Part shown: positions 1 through 9,333 of the stretch, one piece after another
Layout: each line of letters begins with the position of its first letter
Numbering within the stretch: the stretch's first letter is position 1
Assembly: GCA_965116885.1 (NCBI GenBank)
Contig: OZ220741.1
Coordinates: 1,056,001 to 1,120,000, forward strand
Source of the DNA: Candidatus Latescibacterota bacterium
GTDB taxonomy: Bacteria > Latescibacterota > UBA2968
Reading direction: 5' to 3'
Length of the DNA stretch: 64,000 nt
Translations under genes and position numbers: made by a program
The notes under the pieces: generated by a model
Told to the model about the DNA's origin: nothing
The model's input: only the letters and a program-made list of their open reading frames with translations
Databases searched by the model: none

Positions 1-1405
1 TGAGGTCCGTGCCGATCAGTCTGGGAATCAGCGGGTGGACGTGATAGATGTCGTCCGCGTCGGTGGCGAACAAATACCACTCGCCCTCAATGGAGGCCAC
101 GCTGTTGTAGTATGCCTTCATCGCCTCCAGGCCGTCGCGCTCGTAGCGCTCAATGGCCCGTTGCACGTACGCCAAGGTGTACTCCCTCGGATCGGCACCC
201 TGCCAGGGCGGCGGTCCCGCCTCGATGTCCGAGGTGTAGTAGCCCGATGCGAAGATCAGCCCGTCGTGCCGCACCACCCAGGCCGCCTTGTGTTCTTCCC
301 GTAGCGTTACCGGGTTCGGCCACAGGTATTCCACCCAATGGCCTTCCTCCGTAGCCTTGGCTATCTCCTTCCCCAGTTCGTAACCGTCCGAACCCACCAC
401 GTCCTTGATGTCCGTGCCGATCAGGTGCGGGAATATCGGATGCGCCAGATAGAGATCATCGGCCCCGATGAGGAACAGGTAAAATTGCCCATCCACGCTT
501 TCCCGGCTGTTGTAATACGCGATGGTCGCTTCCAGGCCCTCTCGGTCGTAGTGCGCGATCGCCTTGGCGATGTAATTGTGGGTGGCGTCGGCCAGATTTT
601 CCCGCAGCGTGAAATGCCCGGACATGAAAACGAGGTCGTCGTGCCGAATGAGGAAGCTGCGCTTGGGGCCTAACTGTCGGGTTATGGAATGGATATCTTG
701 ATGATCCACCCAGAGACCTTCCGTAGGCACTTCTTCCATCGGGGGGAATGGTGCGCCAGTGGGCGCGGGCGCACCGACGCGAATGGATAAACCACTTGCC
801 AGTATGATGCTTTGCTGCGGGTCAATGATAGTCATGTGCCGCTCGCCTTCGATGCTCTCCTGGCTGCTGTAGTATGCGAGCGTGGCTTCTCGGCCATCGC
901 GCTGGTAACGCTCAATGCCCTTCATCACAAAGGCCATGGTCAGCGCGTCGTCTTCATCGGCGGCCATCGGCGGAGAACTCAGAACCTGCGCCCTGCCACC
1001 TATCGGCAAAGACAACATCACCTCAGCACCCGCATTCAACGGGATGCTCGACCACGAACCTACCTCACTCCCATCCTGCACAGCACGCGCCTGATAATAC
1101 CCACTGCCGCCAGTAATCTCTATCTGCGCCTGACCCTCATCATCCGTCATACCCGACCAGTCATAGCTCGCAGACTGACCCGCAACAGAACGCGAAAACT
1201 CGACCATCACACCACTGACTGGCCCCTCATCCTCGTGCACCGTCGCCACCACGACCAGAGAATGCCCGGCCACTGCCAATTTACTCAACGGACGACCAAC
1301 CTGCTCCTCTGCCACCTGAGACTGCGTCCCACGATCCCCACCACAACTCCACAGCCCGCCAGCCACCAGCGCGAGCACGAACACGCGACAAACATCTCGA
1401 AACAT
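1..1405 (-). CDS. Secreted (lipo)protein with tandem single-Cache domains, 3' end outside window; paralog of 1483..3093
   Basis: Not in ORF track because it runs off the edge. Manual translation from ATG at 1405 (RBS AAGGGAG): MFRDVCRVFVLALVAGGLWSCGGDRG (lipobox-like LWSC), a ~120-aa beta-rich insert, then MAADEDDALTMAFVMKGIERYQRDGREA. Nucleotides 1-960 align closely with 2052-3000. Confidence 0.85.
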   Translation of the reverse strand, partial: MFRDVCRVFVLALVAGGLWSCGGDRGTQSQVAEEQVGRPLSKLAVAGHSLVVVATVHEDEGPVSGVMVEFSRSVAGQSASYDWSGMTDDEGQAQIEITGGSGYYQARAVQDGSEVGSWSSIPLNAGAEVMLSLPIGGRAQVLSSPPMAADEDDALTMAFVMKGIERYQRDGREATLAYYSSQESIEGERHMTIIDPQQSIILASGLSIRVGAPAPTGAPFPPMEEVPTEGLWVDHQDIHSITRQLGPKRSFLIRHDDLVFMSGHFTLRENLADATHNYIAKAIAHYDREGLEATIAYYNSRESVDGQFYLFLIGADDLYLAHPIFPHLIGTDIKDVVGSDGYELGKEIAKATEEGHWVEYLWPNPVTLREEHKAAWVVRHDGLIFASGYYTSDIEAGPPPWQGADPREYTLAYVQRAIERYERDGLEAMKAYYNSVASIEGEWYLFATDADDIYHVHPLIPRLIGTDL

Positions 1406-1482
1406 AACAATCTCCCTTACAAAATGGTTTTCTCTGCCACAACTGCGAACTGCAATAAAATACTTTAGCTTTTATGAGCGGC

Positions 1483-3093
1483 TCAATCGGCCGGTTCGCC
1501 AAAGTAGCTCGAGCCGAAAATCAGGCCATCGTAGCGAATCACCCATGCATGTGCATCCAGGATTACGCCGGTTCTCACGTTGGGCCGCTGGTAGTTAATC
1601 CAGTGCCCGGCCTCGGTCGCACGCACTATTTCTTTGCCAAGTTCAAAGCCGGTGCTGGGTACCTTAATGTTCTCGATGTTGAGACCCACCGCTCCGGGCG
1701 CAACAAGGAAGACAGCGATGCGCCCATTCTCGTCAATCAGGAACAGGGACGATTGGCCTTCAATGCTCTCCCGGCTGCTGTAGTAGGCGACGGTGGCTTC
1801 CAGGCCCTCCTGTTTGTACTTGTCTATCGCGGCCTGCACGTATGCCTTGGTGGCCGATTCGGGACTCTCCGGGGCAGGGTAATAGCCCGAAGCGAAAAGC
1901 AGCCCATCGTGCCGAATGGCGTAGCCCACCTTGGGAACCTCCGCCAGTGTCACCGGATGCGGCCACATGTATTCCACCCAAACACCCACGCCGTCCCCCG
2001 CCTTGACCAGCGCCTTGCCCAGTTCGTAGCCATCGGAACCCACCACATTCTTGAGGTCCGTGCCGATCAGTCTGGGAATCAGCGGGTGGACGTGATAGAT
2101 GTCGTCCGCGTCGGTGGCGAACAAATACCACTCGCCCTCAATGGAGGCCACGCTGTTGTAGTATGCCTTCATCGCCTCCAGGCCATCGCTCTTGTAGCGA
2201 TCAATGGCCCGTTGCACGTACGCCACGGTGTACTCCCTCGGATCGGCACCCTGCCAGGGTGGCTGTCCCGCTTCGGTGTCCGAGGTGTAGTAGCCCGATG
2301 CGAAGATCAGTCCGTCGTGCCGCACCACCCAGGCCGCCTTTTGTTCTTCCCGTAGTGTTACCGGATTCGGCCACAGGTATTCCACCCAGTGACCTTCCTC
2401 CGTAGCCTTGGCTATCTCCTTCCCCAGTTCGTAACCGTCCGAACCCACCACGTCCTTGATGTCCGTGCCGATCAGGTGCGGGAAAATGGGATGTGCCAGA
2501 TAGAGATCATCGGCCCCGATGAGGAACAAATAAAAATGCCCATCCACGCTTTCCCGGCTGTTGTAATACGCGACGGTCGCTTCCAGGCCCTCTCGGTCGT
2601 AGTGCGCGACCGCTTTGGCAATGTAATTGCGGGTGACGTCGGCCAGATTTTCTTGCAACGTGAAATGCCCGGCCATGAAAACGAGATCATCGTGCCGAAT
2701 GCGGAAGCTGCGCATGGGGCCTAACTGTCGGGTTCTGGGATGAATACTTTGATGATCCATCCAGATGCCTTCCGGAGTGACTGGACCGAATCCGGGCGCG
2801 GGCGCACCGACGTGAACGGGTAAACCACTTGCCAGTATGACGCTTTGCTGCGGGTCAATGATAAGCATGAACCGATCGCCTTCGATGCTCTCCTGGCTGC
2901 TGTAGTATGCGAGCGTGGCTTCCCGCCCATCGCGGTCGTAGCGCTCAATGCCCTTCATAACATAAGCTTTTGTGAGCGCATCGTCCTCATCGGCGGCCAT
3001 CGCAGAAGAACTCGTAACCTGTGCATTACCACCAACCCACAGTGCGCCAGCCACCAATGCCAGTACGAACATACGACAAATATCTCGAAACAT
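1483..3093 (-). CDS. Secreted protein with four tandem single-Cache (sCache_2-like) domains, no signalling output
   Basis: Signal peptide; four repeats of T-x-[AN]Y[VI]xx[AG][IV]xxYxx[DE]GxEAxxAYYxSxxS[IV][ED]G ... W[VIM]xY/H ... [VI]RHD[GD]L[IVL]F. Confidence 0.8.
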   Translation of the reverse strand: MFRDICRMFVLALVAGALWVGGNAQVTSSSAMAADEDDALTKAYVMKGIERYDRDGREATLAYYSSQESIEGDRFMLIIDPQQSVILASGLPVHVGAPAPGFGPVTPEGIWMDHQSIHPRTRQLGPMRSFRIRHDDLVFMAGHFTLQENLADVTRNYIAKAVAHYDREGLEATVAYYNSRESVDGHFYLFLIGADDLYLAHPIFPHLIGTDIKDVVGSDGYELGKEIAKATEEGHWVEYLWPNPVTLREEQKAAWVVRHDGLIFASGYYTSDTEAGQPPWQGADPREYTVAYVQRAIDRYKSDGLEAMKAYYNSVASIEGEWYLFATDADDIYHVHPLIPRLIGTDLKNVVGSDGYELGKALVKAGDGVGVWVEYMWPHPVTLAEVPKVGYAIRHDGLLFASGYYPAPESPESATKAYVQAAIDKYKQEGLEATVAYYSSRESIEGQSSLFLIDENGRIAVFLVAPGAVGLNIENIKVPSTGFELGKEIVRATEAGHWINYQRPNVRTGVILDAHAWVIRYDGLIFGSSYFGEPAD

Positions 3094-3190
3094 AACAACC
3101 TCCCTGTTAAAATGGTCCTTTCTGTGACAACTACAAAAAAATAAACTACTTTTCGCGAAATATAAAGCCTTTTTTTGCGGATCACACTTC

Positions 3191-4111
3191 TCACGCCCTC
3201 GGATGAAACGTTCGGTGCACCTCCTTCAAATACTCCCGATCGACATGGGTATAAATCTGCGTCGTTGAAATATCCGCATGCCCCAGCATCTCTTGCACCG
3301 CCCGCAAATCTGCGCCCCCCTCCAGCAAATGCGTCGCAAAAGAATGCCGCAACGTATGCGGACTCACCTTCTTCTCCAACCCCGCCAGCACCACGTATTG
3401 CCTCAGCAACTTCCACACGCCCATCCGCGAAAATGGACCACCGCGAAAATTCAAAAACACCTCGGACCCCGTACGCGGCTTGACCAACTCCGGACGCACC
3501 GCATCCAAATACTCAGTCACCCACTCAATACCCTCTGACCCAATCGGCACCACCCGCTCGCGCCCGCCCTTGCCCAGCACCCGAACCACCTCCACATCAA
3601 ACAGCAAATCCACCAGCGACAACCCGATCAACTCCGACACCCGCAGCCCCGCCCCGTAAAGCATCTCTATAAGCGCGCGATCCCGCAACCCCAGGGGCGT
3701 CTCCACATCCGGCGCCAGCATCAACCGCTCAACCTCGTAAATATTCAGCACCGACGGCAACTTTCGCCCCAATTTGGGCGGCTTCAAATGCTCCGTCGGA
3801 TCCCGGCGCGCCAGACCCTCCCCTATCAAAAACCTGTGAAACATCCGCACCGCCGTCAAATTGCGCGCCACACTCGACGCCTCCAGCCCCATCTCCGCAA
3901 GCAAATCCAACAGCGCGGACACCTCCGCCTGAGAAATCGCATCCGGCGCATCAATCCCCAAATCCGTCAACAGCGTCAAATACCGGCTCAAATCGCGTTG
4001 ATATGCACGCGCCGTATTATCCGATAACCCGCGCTCCAGCGTCACAGAATCGAGAAACCGCTGCAACGCGCGTTCCAGTTCTGGGGCAATTATCATCTGA
4101 TCTATAGACAT
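3191..4111 (-). CDS. xerD: Site-specific tyrosine recombinase XerD
   Basis: ERGLSDNT, LRDRALIEMLYGAGLRVSEL, GKGGRERVVP, SPHTLRHSFATHLLEGGADLRAVQEMLGHADISTTQIYTHV. Confidence 0.92.
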   Translation of the reverse strand: MSIDQMIIAPELERALQRFLDSVTLERGLSDNTARAYQRDLSRYLTLLTDLGIDAPDAISQAEVSALLDLLAEMGLEASSVARNLTAVRMFHRFLIGEGLARRDPTEHLKPPKLGRKLPSVLNIYEVERLMLAPDVETPLGLRDRALIEMLYGAGLRVSELIGLSLVDLLFDVEVVRVLGKGGRERVVPIGSEGIEWVTEYLDAVRPELVKPRTGSEVFLNFRGGPFSRMGVWKLLRQYVVLAGLEKKVSPHTLRHSFATHLLEGGADLRAVQEMLGHADISTTQIYTHVDREYLKEVHRTFHPRA

Positions 4112-4133
4112 GATTTCTCACCATCGAAAAATC

Positions 4134-4157
4134 GGGCGAGGCATGCCTCGCCCCTAC
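4134..4157 (-). repeat. GTAG-type REP hairpin; its GTAG supplies the uvrC stop codon
   Basis: gggcgaggc-at-gcctcgccc followed by ctac; uvrC TAG is 4154-4156. Confidence 0.75.
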
Positions 4158-6001
4158 ATTTTCTTCAACCCCTCACAAATCACCTCAGCCAACCGCATCC
4201 CCACTCCCTCGACCTCTGCCACCTCCGCCACCTCTGCCTCCCGGATCCGCTTTACCGAACCGAAATGCTTCAACAGCGCGATGCGCCGCGACGGACCCAC
4301 CCCGGGAATCTCATCCAGCTCCGACGTCAGCGTCCGCTTATCGCGCAACTTGCGGTGGTATTCAATCGCAAACCGGTGCGACTCATCGCGCAACATCTGC
4401 AACAACTTCAACGACGACGACGTTTTGGGAATATTCTGCGGATCGGACAAACCCGGCACAAACACCTCCTCCAGCCGCTTTGCCAGCCCAATCACCGGCT
4501 GATCTTCAATCCCCAAACCCCGCAACGCCTCAACCACGCTCGAAAGCTGCCCCTTGCCCCCATCGACCAACAGCAAATCGGGAAACGACTTCCCCTCCTC
4601 CATCAACCGCTTAAACCGCCGCGTCACCACCTGCTGCATCATCGCAAAATCATTGGGCCCCTCCAACCCCGTAATTTTAAAATGCCTGTACTCGCGCTTC
4701 CGCGCCCTCCCATCCACAAAACACACCAGCGACGCCACCGGATCCGACCCTTGAATATTTGAAATATCCACCGCCTCGATCCACCGCGGCGGCTTCTCCA
4801 GGTGCAAATCGCGCTGAAGCGCCTGCACTGCTGCCGGTGCTTGCGACCTGCGATTCTCGCGCTTCAAACGCCGCTCTGCCAACAACAGCCGCGCATTATT
4901 CTCCGCCATCTTCACCAACCGGAACTTATCCCCCCGCTGGGGCACGCGCATCTCAACCCCGCCCTCTGAACGCTCTGTAAGCCAATCGAGCACCGTCTCC
5001 CGATCCTCAATATCACACGGCAGACACACCTCTCGCGGCACAAAAGTAGCCGTCGCGTAAAACAACTGCACAAATGCCGAAACCACCTCCTCTTCAGACG
5101 CATCCAGCACCCCCCCGATAAAATAATTCTGCCGCCCGATCAACCGTCCATCGCGCACCTCCATCACCACCCCGCAAGCCTCGTCATCTTCCCGCGCAAT
5201 CGCAATCGCATCCCAATCCGTCAAAGCATTGGACACCACCTTTTGCCGACTCGCGGCCTGTTCCAGGGCCCGAATGCGATCCCGATAAATCGCCGCCTCC
5301 TCGTACCTCAGCGCCTCTGCCGCCCGCTTCATCCGCTCTTTAAGCGTCACCATAACCTGCGTATGCCGCCCCGTCAAAAACAACACCGCTTCATCCACGA
5401 TCTTCTGATACGCCCCTGCCACAATCAACCCCTCGCACGGCCCGTCACACCGCTTGATCTCGTAATCCAGACACAGCCGCACATTGGCCTTTGGCAAATC
5501 GTAATCACAACTTCGGATCCGAAACAACCGGTGCATCGTCTCCACCATCCGCCGCATCGCCTTCACATCTGTATAAGGACCCAAATAGCGCGACCCATCC
5601 TTCACCACATCGCGCGTCACCACAACGCGGGGAAACGCCTCTTTTGTAATGCGGATATACGGATACTTCTTGTCGTCTTTCAAACTGATATTGTAGCGCG
5701 GCTTGTGTGCCTTGATCAAATTCGCTTCTAAAATCAACGCCTCCAACTCCGTATCCGTAACAATATATTCCAAATCGCGCACATTGCGAACCAGCGCCCG
5801 AAACTGTCGCCGCCCATCATGGGCATTGGGACGAAAATACTGCTGCACCCGGCTGCGCAACACCTTTGCCTTGCCGATATAAATAATCTGCCCCTCGTCG
5901 CCCTTCATCATGTACACACCAGGCTCTCTGGGCATCAATGCAACAATACCGTCGATGTGCTCGCGAACAGTGTTGCGGTCGCGTTTCGATTCATCGATCA
6001 A
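4154..6001 (-). CDS. uvrC: Excinuclease ABC subunit C
   Basis: GIY-YIG (PGVY...IIYIGKAKVLRSRV), UVR domain, DISN, DGGKGQL, RDESHRFA, C-terminal HhH; TTG start approximate. Confidence 0.96.
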   Translation of the reverse strand: MIDESKRDRNTVREHIDGIVALMPREPGVYMMKGDEGQIIYIGKAKVLRSRVQQYFRPNAHDGRRQFRALVRNVRDLEYIVTDTELEALILEANLIKAHKPRYNISLKDDKKYPYIRITKEAFPRVVVTRDVVKDGSRYLGPYTDVKAMRRMVETMHRLFRIRSCDYDLPKANVRLCLDYEIKRCDGPCEGLIVAGAYQKIVDEAVLFLTGRHTQVMVTLKERMKRAAEALRYEEAAIYRDRIRALEQAASRQKVVSNALTDWDAIAIAREDDEACGVVMEVRDGRLIGRQNYFIGGVLDASEEEVVSAFVQLFYATATFVPREVCLPCDIEDRETVLDWLTERSEGGVEMRVPQRGDKFRLVKMAENNARLLLAERRLKRENRRSQAPAAVQALQRDLHLEKPPRWIEAVDISNIQGSDPVASLVCFVDGRARKREYRHFKITGLEGPNDFAMMQQVVTRRFKRLMEEGKSFPDLLLVDGGKGQLSSVVEALRGLGIEDQPVIGLAKRLEEVFVPGLSDPQNIPKTSSSLKLLQMLRDESHRFAIEYHRKLRDKRTLTSELDEIPGVGPSRRIALLKHFGSVKRIREAEVAEVAEVEGVGMRLAEVICEGLKKM

Positions 6002-6038
6002 AGGGTTATCCTTTCAACATCGCACGGGCGGGCACGGG

Positions 6039-6060
6039 GGGACGGCCCCTGTGCCGTCCC
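6039..6060. repeat. REP-like hairpin, exact reverse complement of 51788-51809
   Basis: gggacggc-ccctgt-gccgtccc. Confidence 0.75.
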
Positions 6061-6069
6061 GAACATCAA

Positions 6070-6564
6070 TCACAAATCCACAATCTCCACATCCATCGCA
6101 TTCAAATCCAGAATCCCCACCGTCTCCCTGCCCGTCGTCCACCCACACGCCTCCCCGGGATTAATCACCAGCGTATCGCCTCTTCGCACATCGATCTCGT
6201 GCGTATGCCCGTAAAAAATCACATCATAAGCACCGCTCTGTGATAGGGCATCCACCTCATCTGGCTCGTGCAGCATCAAAATGCGCTTGCCCTCCCACTC
6301 GTGTACATAAGGTGGGCGGTGAATCGGTCCCAAGCTCTCAAAAAGTGCCCGCAAACCGAACTTCTCCCCATCGTTATTCCCAAAAACCCCCACAAAAGGC
6401 ACCGTCAAATCCCCCATCCAGCGCGCATTAAACGGCGCGATATAATCGCCCCCGTGCAGCACCAGCCCCACGTCCCGCGCATTAAAAAGCTCAACCGCTT
6501 TCTCAATTGCGTGTTTATTGTCATGTGTATCCGTAATCAAACCGACAAGATGTGATTTTCCCAT
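6070..6564 (-). CDS. Metallophosphoesterase, YfcE/MJ0936 family
   Basis: DTHDN, HGGD, GNND, H, GHTH, INPGE motifs. Confidence 0.88.
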   Translation of the reverse strand: MGKSHLVGLITDTHDNKHAIEKAVELFNARDVGLVLHGGDYIAPFNARWMGDLTVPFVGVFGNNDGEKFGLRALFESLGPIHRPPYVHEWEGKRILMLHEPDEVDALSQSGAYDVIFYGHTHEIDVRRGDTLVINPGEACGWTTGRETVGILDLNAMDVEIVDL

Positions 6565-6761
6565 AGTCAGACTCCCGTTATCAGATCAATTCTTCTGGAG
6601 GAACTCGATTTTCATAATTATATGCATATAATTTCCCAAAAAAAACAAAAAATCTTATCTTATACAGATGTAGATAAAGTAGTAAATGGAAAAAGTAAAG
6701 TTAGAAGTGTGCATAATTCATTTGTTGTAGTACAGCGAAGTATAAAGTTTTTTTCATGCCT

Positions 6762-6991
6762 TCGGCGACCTACTTTTTTTCAGCAGCAAAAAAAAGTAGG
6801 CGAGCGGGGTACAACTGACCGTTTCTCAGGTCAGTTCAAAAATGCCGCTCTCAAACGCCGAGGGGCTGGCACAGCGCAAAACGTTTTTGGGGTAATACGC
6901 CATACTGTGGCCTTCAGATTACAATGCCATAAAGATGTCTGCTGCGAATCGGACTTGCGCGCTGTGCCCGATGGCTCATTTGATTTATGAG
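6762..6991 (+). ncRNA. Candidate structured RNA or palindromic element upstream of hisG
   Basis: Nested stems: 6762-67/6856-61, 6769-80/6789-6800, 6802-07/6845-50, 6813-20/6829-36, 6868-77/6959-68, 6975-79/6987-91. Function and strand unknown. Confidence 0.4.
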
Positions 6992-7014
6992 TTAAATACA
7001 GGAGCAGACCCCTT

Positions 7015-7893
7015 ATGCCCATACTAAAAATCGGCCTCCCCTCCGGAAGCCTTCAGGAATCTACGCTCACCCTGTTTGCCAAAGCCGGTTATCGCATCCA
7101 CGCCAGCCACCGGTCTTACACGCCCGTCATCGACGACCCCGAACTCGAGGGCTTATTTTTGCGCGCCCAGGAAATCGCGCACTACGTCGAACGCGGCGTC
7201 CTCGACATTGGCCTCACCGGCATCGACTGGATCCGAGAAAACGAAGCCGACATCGTCGAAATCGCCGAATTTGCCTACAGCAAAACCTCATCGCAACCCG
7301 CGCGCTGGATCATCGCAGTCCCCGAAGACTCGGACATTCAGACCGTACAGGACCTGCAGGGCAAGCGCGTCGCCACCGAACTCGTCACAGCCACGCGCAA
7401 CCACCTCAAAAACCACGGCATAACCGCCGAAGTCGAATACTCCTGGGGATCCACCGAAGCCAAAGTACGCGTGCCCGGCCTCGTCGATGCCATCGCCGAA
7501 CTCACCGAAACTGGATCCTCTCTGCGCGCCAACAACCTGCGCGTCATAGACACCATGTTTGAAACCACGCCCAGACTCATCGCCAACAAAACAGCGTGGA
7601 ACAATGCGTGGAAACGCGAAAAAGCGCAACACATTGCCACCTTGCTCATCGGTGCGTTCAACGCCGAAGACAAAGTCGGCCTCAAAATGAACGTACGCCG
7701 CGCAGACCTCGCGCAAATCGTCAAAAATCTACCCGCGCTCAACAACCCCACCATCGCCAACTTACTCGACGAAAACTGGGTTGCAATTGAAGTCATCGTA
7801 GATGAGCGCGTCGTGCGCGACCTCATCCCAAAACTCAAAAAAGCAGGTGCCGAAGGCATCATCGAATATCCCTTGAATAAAGTGATCTATTAA
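7015..7893 (+). CDS. hisG: ATP phosphoribosyltransferase (long form)
   Basis: LKIGLPSGSL, RAQEI, DIGLTGID, SWGSTE, ELTETGSSL, C-terminal regulatory domain; RBS AGGAG. Confidence 0.95.
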   Translation: MPILKIGLPSGSLQESTLTLFAKAGYRIHASHRSYTPVIDDPELEGLFLRAQEIAHYVERGVLDIGLTGIDWIRENEADIVEIAEFAYSKTSSQPARWIIAVPEDSDIQTVQDLQGKRVATELVTATRNHLKNHGITAEVEYSWGSTEAKVRVPGLVDAIAELTETGSSLRANNLRVIDTMFETTPRLIANKTAWNNAWKREKAQHIATLLIGAFNAEDKVGLKMNVRRADLAQIVKNLPALNNPTIANLLDENWVAIEVIVDERVVRDLIPKLKKAGAEGIIEYPLNKVIY

Positions 7894-7895
7894 CC

Positions 7896-7946
7896 CCTGA
7901 TTTTGACTCTTATCCTGTACATCCTTTCATCCTGCACATCCTGATC
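7896..7946 (-). repeat. CAGGAT-family 9-bp-periodic repeat (reverse orientation)
   Basis: Reverse complement atcaggatgtgcaggatgaaaggatgtacaggataagagtcaaaatcag matches the elements at 10396 and 18207/18263. Confidence 0.75.
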
Positions 7947-9251
7947 ATGATCGAACTCATCACATACAACCGCGACAAAACACCCCCAAAACTCGACGCC
8001 ATCCTCTCGCGCAGCCCTGACTTCTCCGCCGAACAGGAAGCCACCGTGCGGGAAATCGTCACCACCGTAAAAAAACAGGGGGATCGCGCCCTGCTCGCGT
8101 ACACCAAAAAATACGACGGCATCGACATAATCGACATCCGCGTGCCCGAAACCGAAATCAAAGCCGCCCATCGCAACGCCGACCCCAAATTCATCGAAAT
8201 CATAGACGCAGCCGCGACAAACATCCGCAAATTTCACGAAACCCAGCGACAAACATCCTACTTCATCGAAGACGGCGACGGCGTCATCCTCGGCAAACGC
8301 ATCCTCCCCATCGAACGCGTTGCCCTGCTCATCCCCGGTGCAAGTGCCCCCCTATTCTCCACCCTGCTCATGGCCGCCATCCCCGCGCAAATCGCAGGCG
8401 TCCCGCACCTCTGCATCGCCACGCCCCCGCAGCCAAACGGCGCCATACACCCCGCCGTCCTCGCCACAGCCCATCACCTGGGAATATGTGAAATCTACAA
8501 AGTCTTCGGTGCTCAAGCCATTGCCGCACTCGCCTATGGCACCGACACCATACCCCGCGTTGACAAACTCGTCGGACCCGGCAACCCATACGTCCAAATC
8601 GCAAAAAAACTCGTCTTCGGAACCGTTGACATCGACATGATCGCCGGACCCAGCGAAATCGTCGTCCTCGCCGACCACACCGCAAACGCCAAACACATCG
8701 CCGCCGACCTCCTCTCACAGGCCGAACACGGCAGCGGCTTTGAAGCCGCAGTCTGCATCACGCCCTCTGCCGACCTCGCAACGCAAATCGCCGACGAAAT
8801 CGCCCATCAAGCCGCCGACCTGACACATAGAAAAGCCATACAAAACGCACTCGACCGCTTTGGCGCAATCGTCGTCGTCCGCGACCTCGCCGAAGGCATT
8901 GACCTCGCCAATCGCATGGCACCCGAACACCTCGAACTCATCGTCGCCGACCCCTGGACACATCTCCAATCGGTTCGCCATGCCGGTGCCGTATTCCTCG
9001 GCGCGGCATCATCCGAACCCGTGGGCGACTACTACGCGGGCACCAACCACATCCTGCCCACAGCCGGCGCCGCCCGATTCGCGTCATCTGTTGGCGTTGA
9101 CACCTTCACCAAAACCATCAGCATCTTACAATATACCGACCAACGCCTGCAAAAAACCGCGGGCCACATCATCAGCATGGCCGAAACCGAGGGCCTCGAC
9201 GCCCATGCCAATGCCATCAGACAAAGGATAAAGGCGGACCTACCCCCCTAA
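7947..9251 (+). CDS. hisD: Histidinol dehydrogenase
   Basis: GAQAIAALAYGT, GPGNPYV, DMIAGPSE, DLLSQAEH, APEHLE, GDYYAGTNHILPT, EGLDAHA. Confidence 0.96.
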   Translation: MIELITYNRDKTPPKLDAILSRSPDFSAEQEATVREIVTTVKKQGDRALLAYTKKYDGIDIIDIRVPETEIKAAHRNADPKFIEIIDAAATNIRKFHETQRQTSYFIEDGDGVILGKRILPIERVALLIPGASAPLFSTLLMAAIPAQIAGVPHLCIATPPQPNGAIHPAVLATAHHLGICEIYKVFGAQAIAALAYGTDTIPRVDKLVGPGNPYVQIAKKLVFGTVDIDMIAGPSEIVVLADHTANAKHIAADLLSQAEHGSGFEAAVCITPSADLATQIADEIAHQAADLTHRKAIQNALDRFGAIVVVRDLAEGIDLANRMAPEHLELIVADPWTHLQSVRHAGAVFLGAASSEPVGDYYAGTNHILPTAGAARFASSVGVDTFTKTISILQYTDQRLQKTAGHIISMAETEGLDAHANAIRQRIKADLPP

Positions 9252-9323
9252 CCCCCCTTCCTGCGAGGAAGGGGGGAACCAGGTCTCCCCTCCCCGTCTC
9301 GGGGAGGGGCCAGGGGAGGGGTT
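9239..9323 (+). repeat. G/C-rich double-hairpin repeat containing the hisD stop codon
   Basis: ccccccttcct-gcg-aggaagggggg and cccctcccc-gtctc-ggggagggg followed by ccaggggagggg. Confidence 0.7.
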
Positions 9324-9333
9324 CCAAACCACA

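Noticed and set aside
35..3144. Long + strand ORFs (e.g. 812..1468, 1474..2355) and similar antisense ORFs across the window (32392..33303, 39125..40036, 49435..50187)
   Set aside because: Shadows of well-supported genes on the opposite strand or another frame; no recognisable motifs
3191..4111. Tyrosine recombinase as an island or prophage integrase
   Set aside because: Canonical XerD length and motifs, housekeeping context and host-like skew
6622..6990. 122-aa ORF or His leader peptide upstream of hisG
   Set aside because: No RBS or known motifs; the short ORF MPSATYFFSAAKKSRRAGYN has no His codons; stems explain the region better
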